In this document: positions 1 to 8,022 of the stretch, in pieces
How the letters are laid out: every line of letters begins with the position of its first letter
Position numbering within the stretch: the stretch's first letter is position 1
Assembly (NCBI GenBank): GCA_031281155.1
Contig: JAITFT010000018.1
Coordinates: forward strand, 1 to 32,000
Length of the DNA: 32,000 nucleotides
Reading direction: 5' to 3'
Origin: Candidatus Fibrimonadaceae bacterium
GTDB taxonomy: Bacteria > Fibrobacterota > Fibrobacteria > Fibrobacterales > Fibrobacteraceae
The notes under the pieces: generated by a model
Database searches by the model: none
Seen by the model: only the letters and a program-made list of their open reading frames with translations
Told to the model about the DNA's origin: nothing
Program-made: the position numbers and the translations under genes

Positions 1-468
1 ATAATAATCTCTTTGAAGGGGATAAAGCAGCATATTTTTAGTCGCGATTGCGCCGCCTGGAATTTGCTCTCTGTTTTTTGCAGGAATTGTTTCCGTATCA
101 GTATCCTTAAAATAGCCGCAGACGCTTATCTGGACATTCGCCGCCTTTATCGCATTATGCAAAGTTTCAAACATATCAGGCTCTATCCAATCATCGGAGT
201 CAACGAAGCCCAAGCAGTCGCCCGTGAAATTTTCCAGCCCGACATTCAATGCGGAGCTTAAGCCCTTGTTTGCTTGATGGAAAGCCTTTATCCGCTTGTC
301 TTTCGTAGCATACTCATCGCAAATGCTGCCGCTATTGCCTGTAGAGCCGTCGTTAATCAGCAGTATTTCAAGATTCGTATAGGTTTGACTTATAACGCTA
401 TCCAAGCATTTCCTTATATAAGGCTCAACATTGTAAACGGGAATTATGATTGAGATTTTATCCATCAT
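1..468 (-). CDS. Family-2 (GT-A) glycosyltransferase, N-terminal 156 codons; the 3' end runs off the window
   Basis: Absent from the ORF track because it is open at the window edge. The reverse complement from the ATG at 468 reads MMDKISIIIPVYNVEPYIRKCLDSVISQTYTNLEILLINDGSTGNSGSICDEYATKDKRIKAFHQANKGLSSALNVGLENFTGDCLGFVDSDDW. This is a classic GT2 N-terminus (IIPVYN, NDGS, DSD as DxD). A GAGAGG SD-like run lies 4 nt upstream. Confidence 0.85.
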   Translation of the reverse strand, partial: MMDKISIIIPVYNVEPYIRKCLDSVISQTYTNLEILLINDGSTGNSGSICDEYATKDKRIKAFHQANKGLSSALNVGLENFTGDCLGFVDSDDWIEPDMFETLHNAIKAANVQISVCGYFKDTDTETIPAKNREQIPGGAIATKNMLLYPLQRDYY

Positions 469-479
469 GCCGCCTCTCT

Positions 480-899
480 TCAAACATTTGCCCACTCCTT
501 TTTCAGGTCTGCTTTCTTGAAATCGTCTTTTATCTGCGTTGTTGAAATCTCCTTTGTCCTCGGGAAATAGACAACCTCGCAATGGTCGCTTATAAAGTCA
601 AACTTTCCCTTCCAGTCGCTGCCCATCGCAAAAACATCGATCTTGTAAAGCTTAATGTCTTCCACTTTCTGTTCCCAGCACTTCTCCGGAATCACCAAAT
701 CCACGTATCTAATGGACTGCAAAAGCTGCTTGCGCTCGTAGTAGCTGAAATAGCATTTCTTGTTCTTGCATTTTTCGTTGAACTCGTCGCTAGACAAGGC
801 AACTATCAGGTAATCGCCTAGTTCTTTTGCCCGTTTAAGCAGATTTATATGCCCGTAGTGAAGCAGGTCAAAGGTGCCGTAGGTAATGATTCTCTTCAC
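480..899 (-). CDS. tagD: Glycerol-3-phosphate cytidylyltransferase (makes CDP-glycerol)
   Basis: 139-aa ORF. MKRIITYGTFDLLHYGHINLLKRAKELGDYLIV carries the cytidylyltransferase HxGH motif and is colinear with TagD/TarD. The GTG start overlaps the upstream stop (GTGA at 896-899). Confidence 0.9.
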   Translation of the reverse strand: MKRIITYGTFDLLHYGHINLLKRAKELGDYLIVALSSDEFNEKCKNKKCYFSYYERKQLLQSIRYVDLVIPEKCWEQKVEDIKLYKIDVFAMGSDWKGKFDFISDHCEVVYFPRTKEISTTQIKDDFKKADLKKEWANV

Positions 900-3259
900 T
901 TCACAGCCTCCCAGATTTTCTTGCCGGAATTTGCGGTTTTTGCAGAGGTTTCAAGTTCCTTTTTATAATTAAGCAATGCGTTTATTTCGGAATTCGACGG
1001 CAGTTTGATAAAGTTTAATTCGGATGTGCTTGTATTGTATTCAACGATGCCTTTGTTTAAGGTTGAAGCGTATATGGTGCTTTCGCTTACAGAAACTTGA
1101 TTATAATACCAGCCTATATTTTTATCTTCAAAATGTTCTATAAGCTCAGGCAGTTTCGTAATTTCGTTTGTATCTGTATTTATTTTGTATGCGTTGTTTG
1201 CTACAAAAGGAAACAGCCATATATATTCATTCAAATGCTGAATTGAAAAATTGGCATGCACACTTTCTTTTCTGGAAAAAGACGGTATTTTGATTTTTAA
1301 AATTCCGTTTGTTTGCCTATTCCATTTTACAATATAATCTTTATAAAACGAGCTGAGATAATAATCCTGCCCGTCAAAGCAAATACTGTAATATTGTTCA
1401 GATTTTTCTCCTACGCTTCTAATTTCATAATTGCCGGTCTCCATATCGAAAAACATAAGGGCATTTGCCCTGTGTATAACCAAGGCTATTTCCGTGCCGA
1501 CAACGCAAAAATCCCAAAACTTCAAATCTTTCCACACTTCATGCTGCAATTTGTGAACTTGCAATTTGGAAACCTCGCTTATCCACTCCGAAAAATACTC
1601 CATTTCTTTTGTGTCCGTATTTAATCTCATTATGGCAGGATAATCGTAGGGAATAAAATAAACAAAATTTTTGAAGCTTATAGGATAATGAAAATTTCTA
1701 TCGTATTTATTGCCGTCTTTAAAATCTATTTGCTCAAAGTTTTTTTGAATAGTGTCAAAAACAAATATTTTATCGTTTTTATAATGCGGAGCAAAATACA
1801 ATTTCCCGTTATTTGCCGCAATTCTCAAATTCGCCCAATGATTTTGAGCAGGGATTATCCTCATGCATTCCGTTTCCTTGCTTTGCTTATCGTACTTATA
1901 AAGCATATTGTAGCAATCCAGAGCCCAAACAAAATCGCCGTCATCCAAAAGTCCGGCAATAGCCGGCATCCCGAACGCCTGCCACACAACCCGCTTCCCT
2001 ACCGTGTCAAACAAATTCACAACGCTGCCGCCATCACCGTAATACGCATCGCTCACCGCAACCGCGCGGTTCAAATCTGGCGTGTCATCGTAAATACCCC
2101 AACCGCCGCTCTTATACTCCCGCACAATCTCCGCATACTCCTGCTCAAGCCAAGGGCGCATGCTCTTGATGGTGCTTTCCAGCAATGGGTGAGGGCGCCA
2201 GAGCAGAACGGCATCCTCGCGGTTTTTGAAGAATTCAAAAACGCTGCGGATTTTTTGCAGGTATTTGCTGGAGGGTTTGTTGTTTTCAATGGTATGCTGC
2301 AATAACGCGCCAATGGTGGTGTTGTAGAATATGATTCTTTTATTAAATCCTGTTAATCCTTTAATCCTGGCCAATCGGGGTTCAGACAATATTTTGCTCC
2401 ACTCCGCAGGGATTTCGTAATCTTCGCGTTTTGCGCTGATTGCTTTGTCCAATTTGGGGCTGCCTAATGCTAGGAATTTGGCGGGGCTATTAGGGTAGCC
2501 ACGGTGAGCTACCCCTACGGCTGCGGATTTTCTGTATTCTCTTGCGTATATTTCGCGTTCCTGCTCCGTTTGGACAATCACCTTGTGGGCGTAAATACAC
2601 CCCGGCAGGGTGCAGAAATGCTCTTGTATGTGGGTGCCGCTGCCTACGAAATATGGAACATATACTAGGCATTTGGTTAGGTTCCGCAGTTTTTCGCTGT
2701 AATAATCTGGGTGGACGCTGGTTACTATGTTGCAGTCGTCGTAGGGGTTGTGGATGAAGATTATGTCGGGGCGGCGTTCCGCTATGCTGTATTTGTTGTA
2801 GTCAATCAGGGGTATGCCTTTGGGGTAGCCGGTTTCCCAGTGCATCTCTGTGAACTTGCCGTCTTTTTTATCGTAGTAGGGGATGGGCATCACTAGGGCT
2901 TCGCAGTTGGGGCTTTCTTTGGCGGCCAGATAGACGCTTTCCAGGGAGTCCCACATGGAGGCTTTGTAGGGCAAAAAGAGCACTTCTAGATCGGTTTTTA
3001 CCTCTGATTTGAAGGCGGATTCTAGCTTTTTTACAAGGTCTAGTACATTTAAATTTTCTTTCAGGGCTGTTTCTATGCTTTGGAGCAAGCTTAAACACTC
3101 GGGGCTGTTTTCTCCCTCCAGGTTTTCCAAAAGGCATTCGCAGGCGGCTTGGAGGTCTTGGATTTGCTCTGCCGGGTTTTCCAGCTTTGGAAGCAAATCT
3201 GCCATCTGGCCCATTGTGCCTAGCAGGGCAAGCAACTCCTGTTTGTGAGATTTAACCAT
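896..3259 (-). CDS. CDP-glycerol glycerophosphotransferase (TagB/TagF family) fused to a C-terminal ~320-aa six-repeat, beta-propeller-like domain
   Basis: 787-aa ORF. Residues ~90-440 carry TagF-family hallmarks (FLPYKASMWDSLESVY, IFIHNPYD, LLWRPHPLL, SDAYYGDGGSVVNLFD). Residues ~445-760 hold six ~50-aa repeats of the form hydrophobic-Y-F-x-P...I-x-x-D/N-T-x-T-x-E (KLYFAPHYKNDKIFVFDTIQKNFEQI, FVYFIPYDYPAIMRLNTDTKEMEYF, IWLFPFVANNAYKINTDTNEITKL and others). AAGGTG SD upstream of the ATG at 3259. Confidence 0.8.
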   Translation of the reverse strand: MVKSHKQELLALLGTMGQMADLLPKLENPAEQIQDLQAACECLLENLEGENSPECLSLLQSIETALKENLNVLDLVKKLESAFKSEVKTDLEVLFLPYKASMWDSLESVYLAAKESPNCEALVMPIPYYDKKDGKFTEMHWETGYPKGIPLIDYNKYSIAERRPDIIFIHNPYDDCNIVTSVHPDYYSEKLRNLTKCLVYVPYFVGSGTHIQEHFCTLPGCIYAHKVIVQTEQEREIYAREYRKSAAVGVAHRGYPNSPAKFLALGSPKLDKAISAKREDYEIPAEWSKILSEPRLARIKGLTGFNKRIIFYNTTIGALLQHTIENNKPSSKYLQKIRSVFEFFKNREDAVLLWRPHPLLESTIKSMRPWLEQEYAEIVREYKSGGWGIYDDTPDLNRAVAVSDAYYGDGGSVVNLFDTVGKRVVWQAFGMPAIAGLLDDGDFVWALDCYNMLYKYDKQSKETECMRIIPAQNHWANLRIAANNGKLYFAPHYKNDKIFVFDTIQKNFEQIDFKDGNKYDRNFHYPISFKNFVYFIPYDYPAIMRLNTDTKEMEYFSEWISEVSKLQVHKLQHEVWKDLKFWDFCVVGTEIALVIHRANALMFFDMETGNYEIRSVGEKSEQYYSICFDGQDYYLSSFYKDYIVKWNRQTNGILKIKIPSFSRKESVHANFSIQHLNEYIWLFPFVANNAYKINTDTNEITKLPELIEHFEDKNIGWYYNQVSVSESTIYASTLNKGIVEYNTSTSELNFIKLPSNSEINALLNYKKELETSAKTANSGKKIWEAVK

Positions 3260-3294
3260 CTTTTTTCCGCACCTTAACTTTTATACTCATTTAA

Positions 3295-3313
3295 ATTAAG
3301 AAAAATTCTTAAT
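3295..3313. promoter_or_regulatory. 8-3-8 inverted repeat ATTAAGAA-AAA-TTCTTAAT, candidate operator
   Basis: Perfect arms at 3295-3302 and 3306-3313. It lies just downstream of the predicted -10 of the glycan-cluster promoter, in the intergenic region shared with the divergent XRE gene. Confidence 0.35.
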
Positions 3314-3323
3314 CACGCAGATA

Positions 3324-3352
3324 AATATACATAATTTACACAAGAATGTCAG
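3324..3352 (-). promoter_or_regulatory. Sigma-70-like promoter for the TagF-like/tagD/GT2 cluster
   Basis: The minus strand reads CTGACA (3352-3347), a 17-nt spacer, then TATATT (3329-3324). It sits ~65 nt upstream of the ATG at 3259. Confidence 0.45.
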
Positions 3353-3422
3353 TGAAAAAGCGAAAAAATATCATTTTTACCGTTTTTTTTAACAAAATAG
3401 TGTATTTTAGGGGAGGAATTTT

Positions 3423-3758
3423 ATGAAAAAAGCAGGCAAAAAAGAACTCTATAAAATTGACGTAGCCCGTTTTTTGAAACGGAAAGGGCTTACTCAGCAA
3501 GAATTAGCAAAGAAGATTAGCTGCTCGATTGGACTCGTTGGCGGCTGGGCAAGCTACCGAGGAGTTCCCAGTTATGAAAAATGCATAGAGCTTTTGAAAG
3601 CAGGAATGACCATATCGGAGCTATTTGGAGAGGATATAGCAAGAGAAACCAGGCTTTTTCCGATAACCGAAGAAGATTTAAAAGCAAAATCAAGCGATTT
3701 TGAAGCTATAGTTGGCGAAGCGGTAGTTAGCTGGATTATGAAGAAAGTGAATCAGTAA
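3423..3758 (+). CDS. XRE/Cro-C1 family helix-turn-helix transcriptional regulator
   Basis: 111 aa. LTQQELAKKISCSIGLVGGWASYRGVPSYEKCIELL is a typical XRE HTH. A GGGGAGG SD lies 7 nt before the ATG. Confidence 0.75.
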   Translation: MKKAGKKELYKIDVARFLKRKGLTQQELAKKISCSIGLVGGWASYRGVPSYEKCIELLKAGMTISELFGEDIARETRLFPITEEDLKAKSSDFEAIVGEAVVSWIMKKVNQ

Positions 3759-3759
3759 G

Positions 3760-4320
3760 TTAGTATCTTTCAATTATGCCTTTAAGCTCGGCAGCGGCGG
3801 TTTCTAAATCTTCGTTGTAGATTACATGCTCGTATTTGCCTTCGGCAAGAGCAAAATCGGTTTCTTTTCTGGCGTTGCCTATTCTTATTTTTAAGGTTTC
3901 TCTGGTTTCTGTTTTGCGATCTTGCAGCCGTTGCTCCAGTTCTTCCAAATTCGGCGGCAAAATTAAAATGCCTATTGCTTGCGGATAAACTTTATCAAAA
4001 TTTATTTTCCCAAAAACATCCATATCAAAAGCTACATCTCTGCCTTCTGCAAGTTTTTGCTCAACAAAAAATTTAGGCGTTCCATAATAATTGCCATGAA
4101 CTTCGTTCCACTCAACAAGCTCGTTGTTTTCTATCATTTTTTTGAATTCTTCTTTTGTTTTGAAAAAATAATGCACGCCGTCGATCTCGTTTGGGCGAGG
4201 ACCTCTCGTTGTTGCTGAAATAGAATAAACTATATTCGGGAAAAGCGGCATAACCTTGTTGATAAGCGTTGTTTTGCCCGCTCCGCTCGCTGCGCTGAAA
4301 ACAAATAATTTGCCAGGCAT
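3760..4320 (-). CDS. gmk: Guanylate kinase
   Basis: 186 aa. P-loop SGAGKTTL and the guanylate kinase signature SATTRGPRPNEIDGVHYFF. Confidence 0.93.
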   Translation of the reverse strand: MPGKLFVFSAASGAGKTTLINKVMPLFPNIVYSISATTRGPRPNEIDGVHYFFKTKEEFKKMIENNELVEWNEVHGNYYGTPKFFVEQKLAEGRDVAFDMDVFGKINFDKVYPQAIGILILPPNLEELEQRLQDRKTETRETLKIRIGNARKETDFALAEGKYEHVIYNEDLETAAAELKGIIERY

Positions 4321-4623
4321 TTATAACCTCTCTCTCTTTTTTTGATCTGCTGTTCGCACCAAAGGAATCGCAAGCAAGTCTTTTTGCCTTTTTTGGCGTT
4401 CGTGCTCGGCAATTCTTCTCTGCTTTTGTTGCTTGTAGTAATTGACTTGTTGGTTATAGCGCAAAATAATTTCTTTTGAGATTATAAATTCCATGCGCCT
4501 CAAATGATTCGCCATATTGCCAAGCGAATGCATTACTATAATCATAACCGCAAAAAGCGTTATAACAAAAACAGAGGCAAAAAGTATTGCCAATCTGACT
4601 TCTGGTGCTGGGATATTCAACAT
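4321..4623 (-). CDS. Small single-pass membrane protein with a highly basic C-terminal tail (function unknown)
   Basis: I trimmed the track ORF 4321..4707 to the internal ATG at 4623 (MLNIPAPEVR...). This removes the overlap with purF. One hydrophobic helix (LAILFASVFVITLFAVMIIVM) is followed by a K/R/Q-rich tail. It is packed exactly between the purF stop and the gmk start. Confidence 0.45.
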   Translation of the reverse strand: MLNIPAPEVRLAILFASVFVITLFAVMIIVMHSLGNMANHLRRMEFIISKEIILRYNQQVNYYKQQKQRRIAEHERQKRQKDLLAIPLVRTADQKKRERL

Positions 4624-4624
4624 A

Positions 4625-5983
4625 TTATTCTTCCGGGTAAATTCCATCGAAACAGGCGCCGCAGAAATCGTTTGGCGCCCCTGTGCATTCACGGGTTCCT
4701 TCAACACTTAAATAGGCAAGGCTGTCAACGCCCAGCATTTTTTTAACTTCGTCTAAAGCGAGCGTATTTGCCACCAACTCGCCAGGGTTTGGAAAATCCA
4801 TTCCAAAATTACACGGAAACATAATGGGCGGGCTTGCGATGCGAACATGAACCTCTTTTGCTCCGGCATTTCTCAGCATTTTGCAAAGACTTTTCAAGGT
4901 TGTTCCTCGCACAATCGAATCGTCAACAAGGCATACTTTTTTATCTTTTAACACGCCGCTTATGGTATTGAATTTAAGCTTTACTTTTTGCTCGCGAATA
5001 TCTTGAGAAGGATCTATAAATGTTCTTCCAACATAATGATTTCTTAAAAGCCCTATTTCAAAACGAATTCCGCTTGCCTGCGAATAACCGAGAGCGGCGG
5101 TTGTTGAGCTATCGGGGCAGGGAATAACTATGTCTGCATCAACAGGGCTTTCTTCTGCAAGTTTTTTTCCCATTTTTCTGCGAACTTTATCTGCGCTCTG
5201 CTCAAAAATTTTGCTGTCGGGGCGCGCAAAATAAATAAATTCAAATATGCAAAATGCCCTTCGGTTTCTTTTAATTAACTGCTCGGACTGAATGCCGTTT
5301 TTGCTTAAAGTTAAAAATTCGCCTGGCTGAATATCTCTAACATAATCCACGCCCAGCAAATCGAATGCGCAAGACTCGCTTGCGAGAGCCCATGCATTAT
5401 TTTTTTTGCCAAAGCAAAGCGGGCGATAGCCAAAACCATCTCTAACCACATACATTGTATCCACAGTTAAAAACAGCAAGCAAAAGCTGCCTTTGAATTT
5501 TTGAACTGCTATGCGAATTGCATTTGGCAAATTATCTGCCTTGGTGCGTGAAATTTCGTGCAAAAGAATTTCGGAATCTGATGTGCTTTGGAAAATATGC
5601 CCATTGGCTTCCATTTCTGCGCGAAGCTCTTGGGCATTTGTGATATTGCCGTTTTGCGCAACTGCCAAAAAACCCCATTTGCAAGATACCAGCATTGGCT
5701 GAGCGTTTGCGAGCGTGCGGGAACCTGTAGAACTGTAGCGAACATGGCCGATTGCGGCAAAACCATTTTCGGCAATGCTGTCTAGTTTTCCGCTGTTCGC
5801 AAGGTTTGCCACCAAACCCATAGACTTGCTCACGCGTACTTTTTCGCCGTCTGTTACGGCAATGCCTGCGCTTTCTTGCCCTCTGTGCTGCAAAGCGTAA
5901 AGGCCCATGGCTAAATTTCGAACAACGGAATCTCCGTTAAAGATTCCCATCACTCCGCATTCTTCACCAGGTTTATCTATCAT
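4625..5983 (-). CDS. purF: Amidophosphoribosyltransferase (glutamine-PRPP amidotransferase)
   Basis: N-terminal nucleophile context GEECGVMGIF and PRPP loop VCLVDDSIVRGTT. Start set at the ATG at 5983 (MIDKPGEE), which has a GAGGA SD upstream and an ATGA overlap with the plsY stop. The track start at 6025 lies inside plsY. Confidence 0.95.
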   Translation of the reverse strand: MIDKPGEECGVMGIFNGDSVVRNLAMGLYALQHRGQESAGIAVTDGEKVRVSKSMGLVANLANSGKLDSIAENGFAAIGHVRYSSTGSRTLANAQPMLVSCKWGFLAVAQNGNITNAQELRAEMEANGHIFQSTSDSEILLHEISRTKADNLPNAIRIAVQKFKGSFCLLFLTVDTMYVVRDGFGYRPLCFGKKNNAWALASESCAFDLLGVDYVRDIQPGEFLTLSKNGIQSEQLIKRNRRAFCIFEFIYFARPDSKIFEQSADKVRRKMGKKLAEESPVDADIVIPCPDSSTTAALGYSQASGIRFEIGLLRNHYVGRTFIDPSQDIREQKVKLKFNTISGVLKDKKVCLVDDSIVRGTTLKSLCKMLRNAGAKEVHVRIASPPIMFPCNFGMDFPNPGELVANTLALDEVKKMLGVDSLAYLSVEGTRECTGAPNDFCGACFDGIYPEE

Positions 5984-6609
5984 ATTTTCCTCTTTTTTCC
6001 GAAACCGTTTTCTGTGCCATTCCAAAGCCGAACCATATTTGTTTTATGTTTTACAATAACAAAAGCTGCCACCAGCCAAGACAAAGCGAGAATATAAATA
6101 TCTGTTTTGAAAACCAACAAAAAGTTGTTGGCAAAATATCCAAGCAGCGAAAGCACAGCGAGCAAAGCGCAGGCTCCAATGCTAGCTACCGACACATATT
6201 TTGTTGCGGCAAGCAAAGCTACCCAGAATGCAAAGCAGGTAAGAGCAAGCACAGGCTGCAAAGCGAGAAACACGCCGAGAGCAGTTAAAACTCCTTTTCC
6301 GCCTCTGAACCCTGCCATGCAGGTATAACTGTGCCCAAAAATCGCAAGCAAACCTGCTGTGACAGGAAGCCAGCCATAGTCGGTGCTTAATTGCATTGCT
6401 ATAAAAGGCGCAAAAAAACCCTTTGCCAAATCAACTGCAATAACTGGCAATGCGGGCTTATAGCCCAACACTCTGAATACATTTGTTAAACCTGCGTTTT
6501 TGCTGCCATGTTCCCTAATATCTATGCCTTTATAGATTTTTGAAACCCAGACTGCTGTGGGTATAGAGCCTAATAGGTAAGCCATTGGCAATGCGAGAAG
6601 CGAATGCAT
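5980..6609 (-). CDS. plsY: Acyl-phosphate:glycerol-3-phosphate acyltransferase
   Basis: AYLLGSIPTAVWVSK...HGSKNAGLTNVFRVLG is the PlsY signature, and the protein is multi-pass and hydrophobic. Start set at the ATG at 6609 (MHSLLALPMAYLLGSIP), which is preceded by TATATT plus CCCCCC. The track start at 6651 is a TTG. Confidence 0.9.
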   Translation of the reverse strand: MHSLLALPMAYLLGSIPTAVWVSKIYKGIDIREHGSKNAGLTNVFRVLGYKPALPVIAVDLAKGFFAPFIAMQLSTDYGWLPVTAGLLAIFGHSYTCMAGFRGGKGVLTALGVFLALQPVLALTCFAFWVALLAATKYVSVASIGACALLAVLSLLGYFANNFLLVFKTDIYILALSWLVAAFVIVKHKTNMVRLWNGTENGFGKKRKI

Positions 6610-6615
6610 GGGGGG

Positions 6616-6626
6616 AATATAGTAAA
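6616..6626 (-). promoter_or_regulatory. -10-like element TTTACTATATT, 6 nt upstream of the plsY ATG (leaderless-type)
   Basis: The minus strand reads AAATTTACTATATT-CCCCCC-ATG. This is the same architecture as the TTTCTAnnTT-N6-8-ATG sites elsewhere in the window. Confidence 0.4.
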
Positions 6627-6636
6627 TTTCTACATT
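6627..6636 (+). promoter_or_regulatory. TTTCTACATT motif, 8 nt upstream of the GGGPS-family ATG (leaderless-type -10)
   Basis: TTTCTACATT-ACCATTCA-ATG(6645). It sits only 9 bp from the divergent plsY -10 element. Confidence 0.45.
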
Positions 6637-6644
6637 ACCATTCA

Positions 6645-7379
6645 ATGTCAATAGAAGAAAAATTATCTGCGAAAATTAAAGAGCGAGCGCTCTTGGCTGT
6701 GCTTTTAGATCCCGATGCCTCCGAAAGCGATGCTTTTTTGGAAACAGGGAAAATGGCTTTTGAAGCTGGAGCCGATTTGATTTTTGTTGGCGGTTCTTTG
6801 GTTGGCAATGCAGGTTTGCCGAAAAAAATTGCAGAGTTAAAAGCTTTTATCAAAATACCCATTGTGCTTTTTCCAGGCGGAGCCTCGCAGGTAGTGCCTG
6901 GTTTTGACGCAATGCTTTTCACATCTCTTGTTAGCGGCAGAAACCCGCAGTATTTGATAGAAGAACAGCTGCGCGGCGGTTTAATAGTGAAAGCACTTGG
7001 CATAGAGGCCTTTCCAACCGCTTATATGCTCATAAATAGCGGGCCAGCCACAGCGGTGGAATATATTTCAAACACAAAACCAATACCGGCAGATAAACCA
7101 AAACTCACCATGGCTCACGCAATAGCTTCGGAGCTTATGGGAATGCGCTGGGTTTATTTGGAAGCAGGCAGCGGCGCAGAAAGCCCTGTTCCCTTGGAGC
7201 ATATAATTTTAACTCGCAAAGCAACAAAATTAAACATAATCGCAGGAGGCGGCATAACAACCCCGCAAGATGCCAAAGCCAGAGTTAAAGCTGGAGCTAA
7301 CGTTATAGTAACCGGCACAATTTGGGAAAAAAATCCAAATATAAATTTAATGAAAGAATTTGTAGATGCAATTCAATGA
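6645..7379 (+). CDS. Geranylgeranylglyceryl / heptaprenylglyceryl phosphate synthase family (GGGPS/PcrB TIM-barrel prenyltransferase)
   Basis: LLAVLLDPD, GADLIFVGGS, VLFPGG, YLEAGSGAESPVP and IAGGGITTPQDAKARVKAGANVIVTGT match the GGGPS/PcrB fold pattern. Start set at the ATG at 6645 (MSIEEK). Confidence 0.85.
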   Translation: MSIEEKLSAKIKERALLAVLLDPDASESDAFLETGKMAFEAGADLIFVGGSLVGNAGLPKKIAELKAFIKIPIVLFPGGASQVVPGFDAMLFTSLVSGRNPQYLIEEQLRGGLIVKALGIEAFPTAYMLINSGPATAVEYISNTKPIPADKPKLTMAHAIASELMGMRWVYLEAGSGAESPVPLEHIILTRKATKLNIIAGGGITTPQDAKARVKAGANVIVTGTIWEKNPNINLMKEFVDAIQ

Positions 7380-8022
7380 ATTAAAAGTTGAGAATTTATC
7401 TGTTGGCTATAATAAGCCGTTGGTAGAAGCTTTGTCGTTTGAGCTTAGGAGTGGTTTGGCTTGTTTGATTGGGCCTAATGGCAGCGGTAAAAGCACTTTG
7501 CTGAAAACTATGGCTGGCTTGCTCAAGCCGATTGCAGGTTCCATTTTAATTTTTGGAAAAGATTATTCAACGATAAACGCCAGGGATTTGGCAAAGTTGA
7601 TTGCTTTTGTGCCTGCTCGGTTTCCTGATGAAACGAATATAAGCGTTTTTGATTTTGTGGCTCTTGGCAGAATTCCGCATACAAATACTTTTGGGAAATT
7701 GGAAAAGCCCGATTTTGAAAAAACAAATTTAGCAATGGAGCAGGCGAATGTTGCGGACTTTGCAAAGCGCAGGGTCAATAGCCTGAGCGATGGCGAAAAG
7801 CAACGCGTGGCATTGGCGAGAGCGCTTGCGCAAGACACAAAAATTCTGCTTATGGACGAGCCCACCGCTTTTTTGGATTACCCGCATCGCATAAGATTAT
7901 TTAAATTTTTAACCGAACAGCAAAAAGATAAGCTATGCTTGGTTTCAACTCATGAGCTTGATTTGGCAAAGCGTTTTGCGAATCAAACTCTGCAAATTTC
8001 TACATTCCCGCCATGCGTTTAA
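7366..8022 (+). CDS. ABC transporter ATP-binding protein (FepC/BtuD-like), with no adjacent permease or binding protein
   Basis: Walker A GPNGSGKSTL, signature LSDGEKQR, Walker B ILLMDEPTAFLD, H-loop STHE. It overlaps the upstream gene by 14 nt and the downstream gene by 10 nt. Confidence 0.85.
   Translation: MQFNELKVENLSVGYNKPLVEALSFELRSGLACLIGPNGSGKSTLLKTMAGLLKPIAGSILIFGKDYSTINARDLAKLIAFVPARFPDETNISVFDFVALGRIPHTNTFGKLEKPDFEKTNLAMEQANVADFAKRRVNSLSDGEKQRVALARALAQDTKILLMDEPTAFLDYPHRIRLFKFLTEQQKDKLCLVSTHELDLAKRFANQTLQISTFPPCV
7997..8006 (+). promoter_or_regulatory. TTTCTACATT motif, 6 nt upstream of the SpoIID-like ATG (internal to the ABC gene)
   Basis: AAATTTCTACATT-CCCGCC-ATG(8013). Confidence 0.35.
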
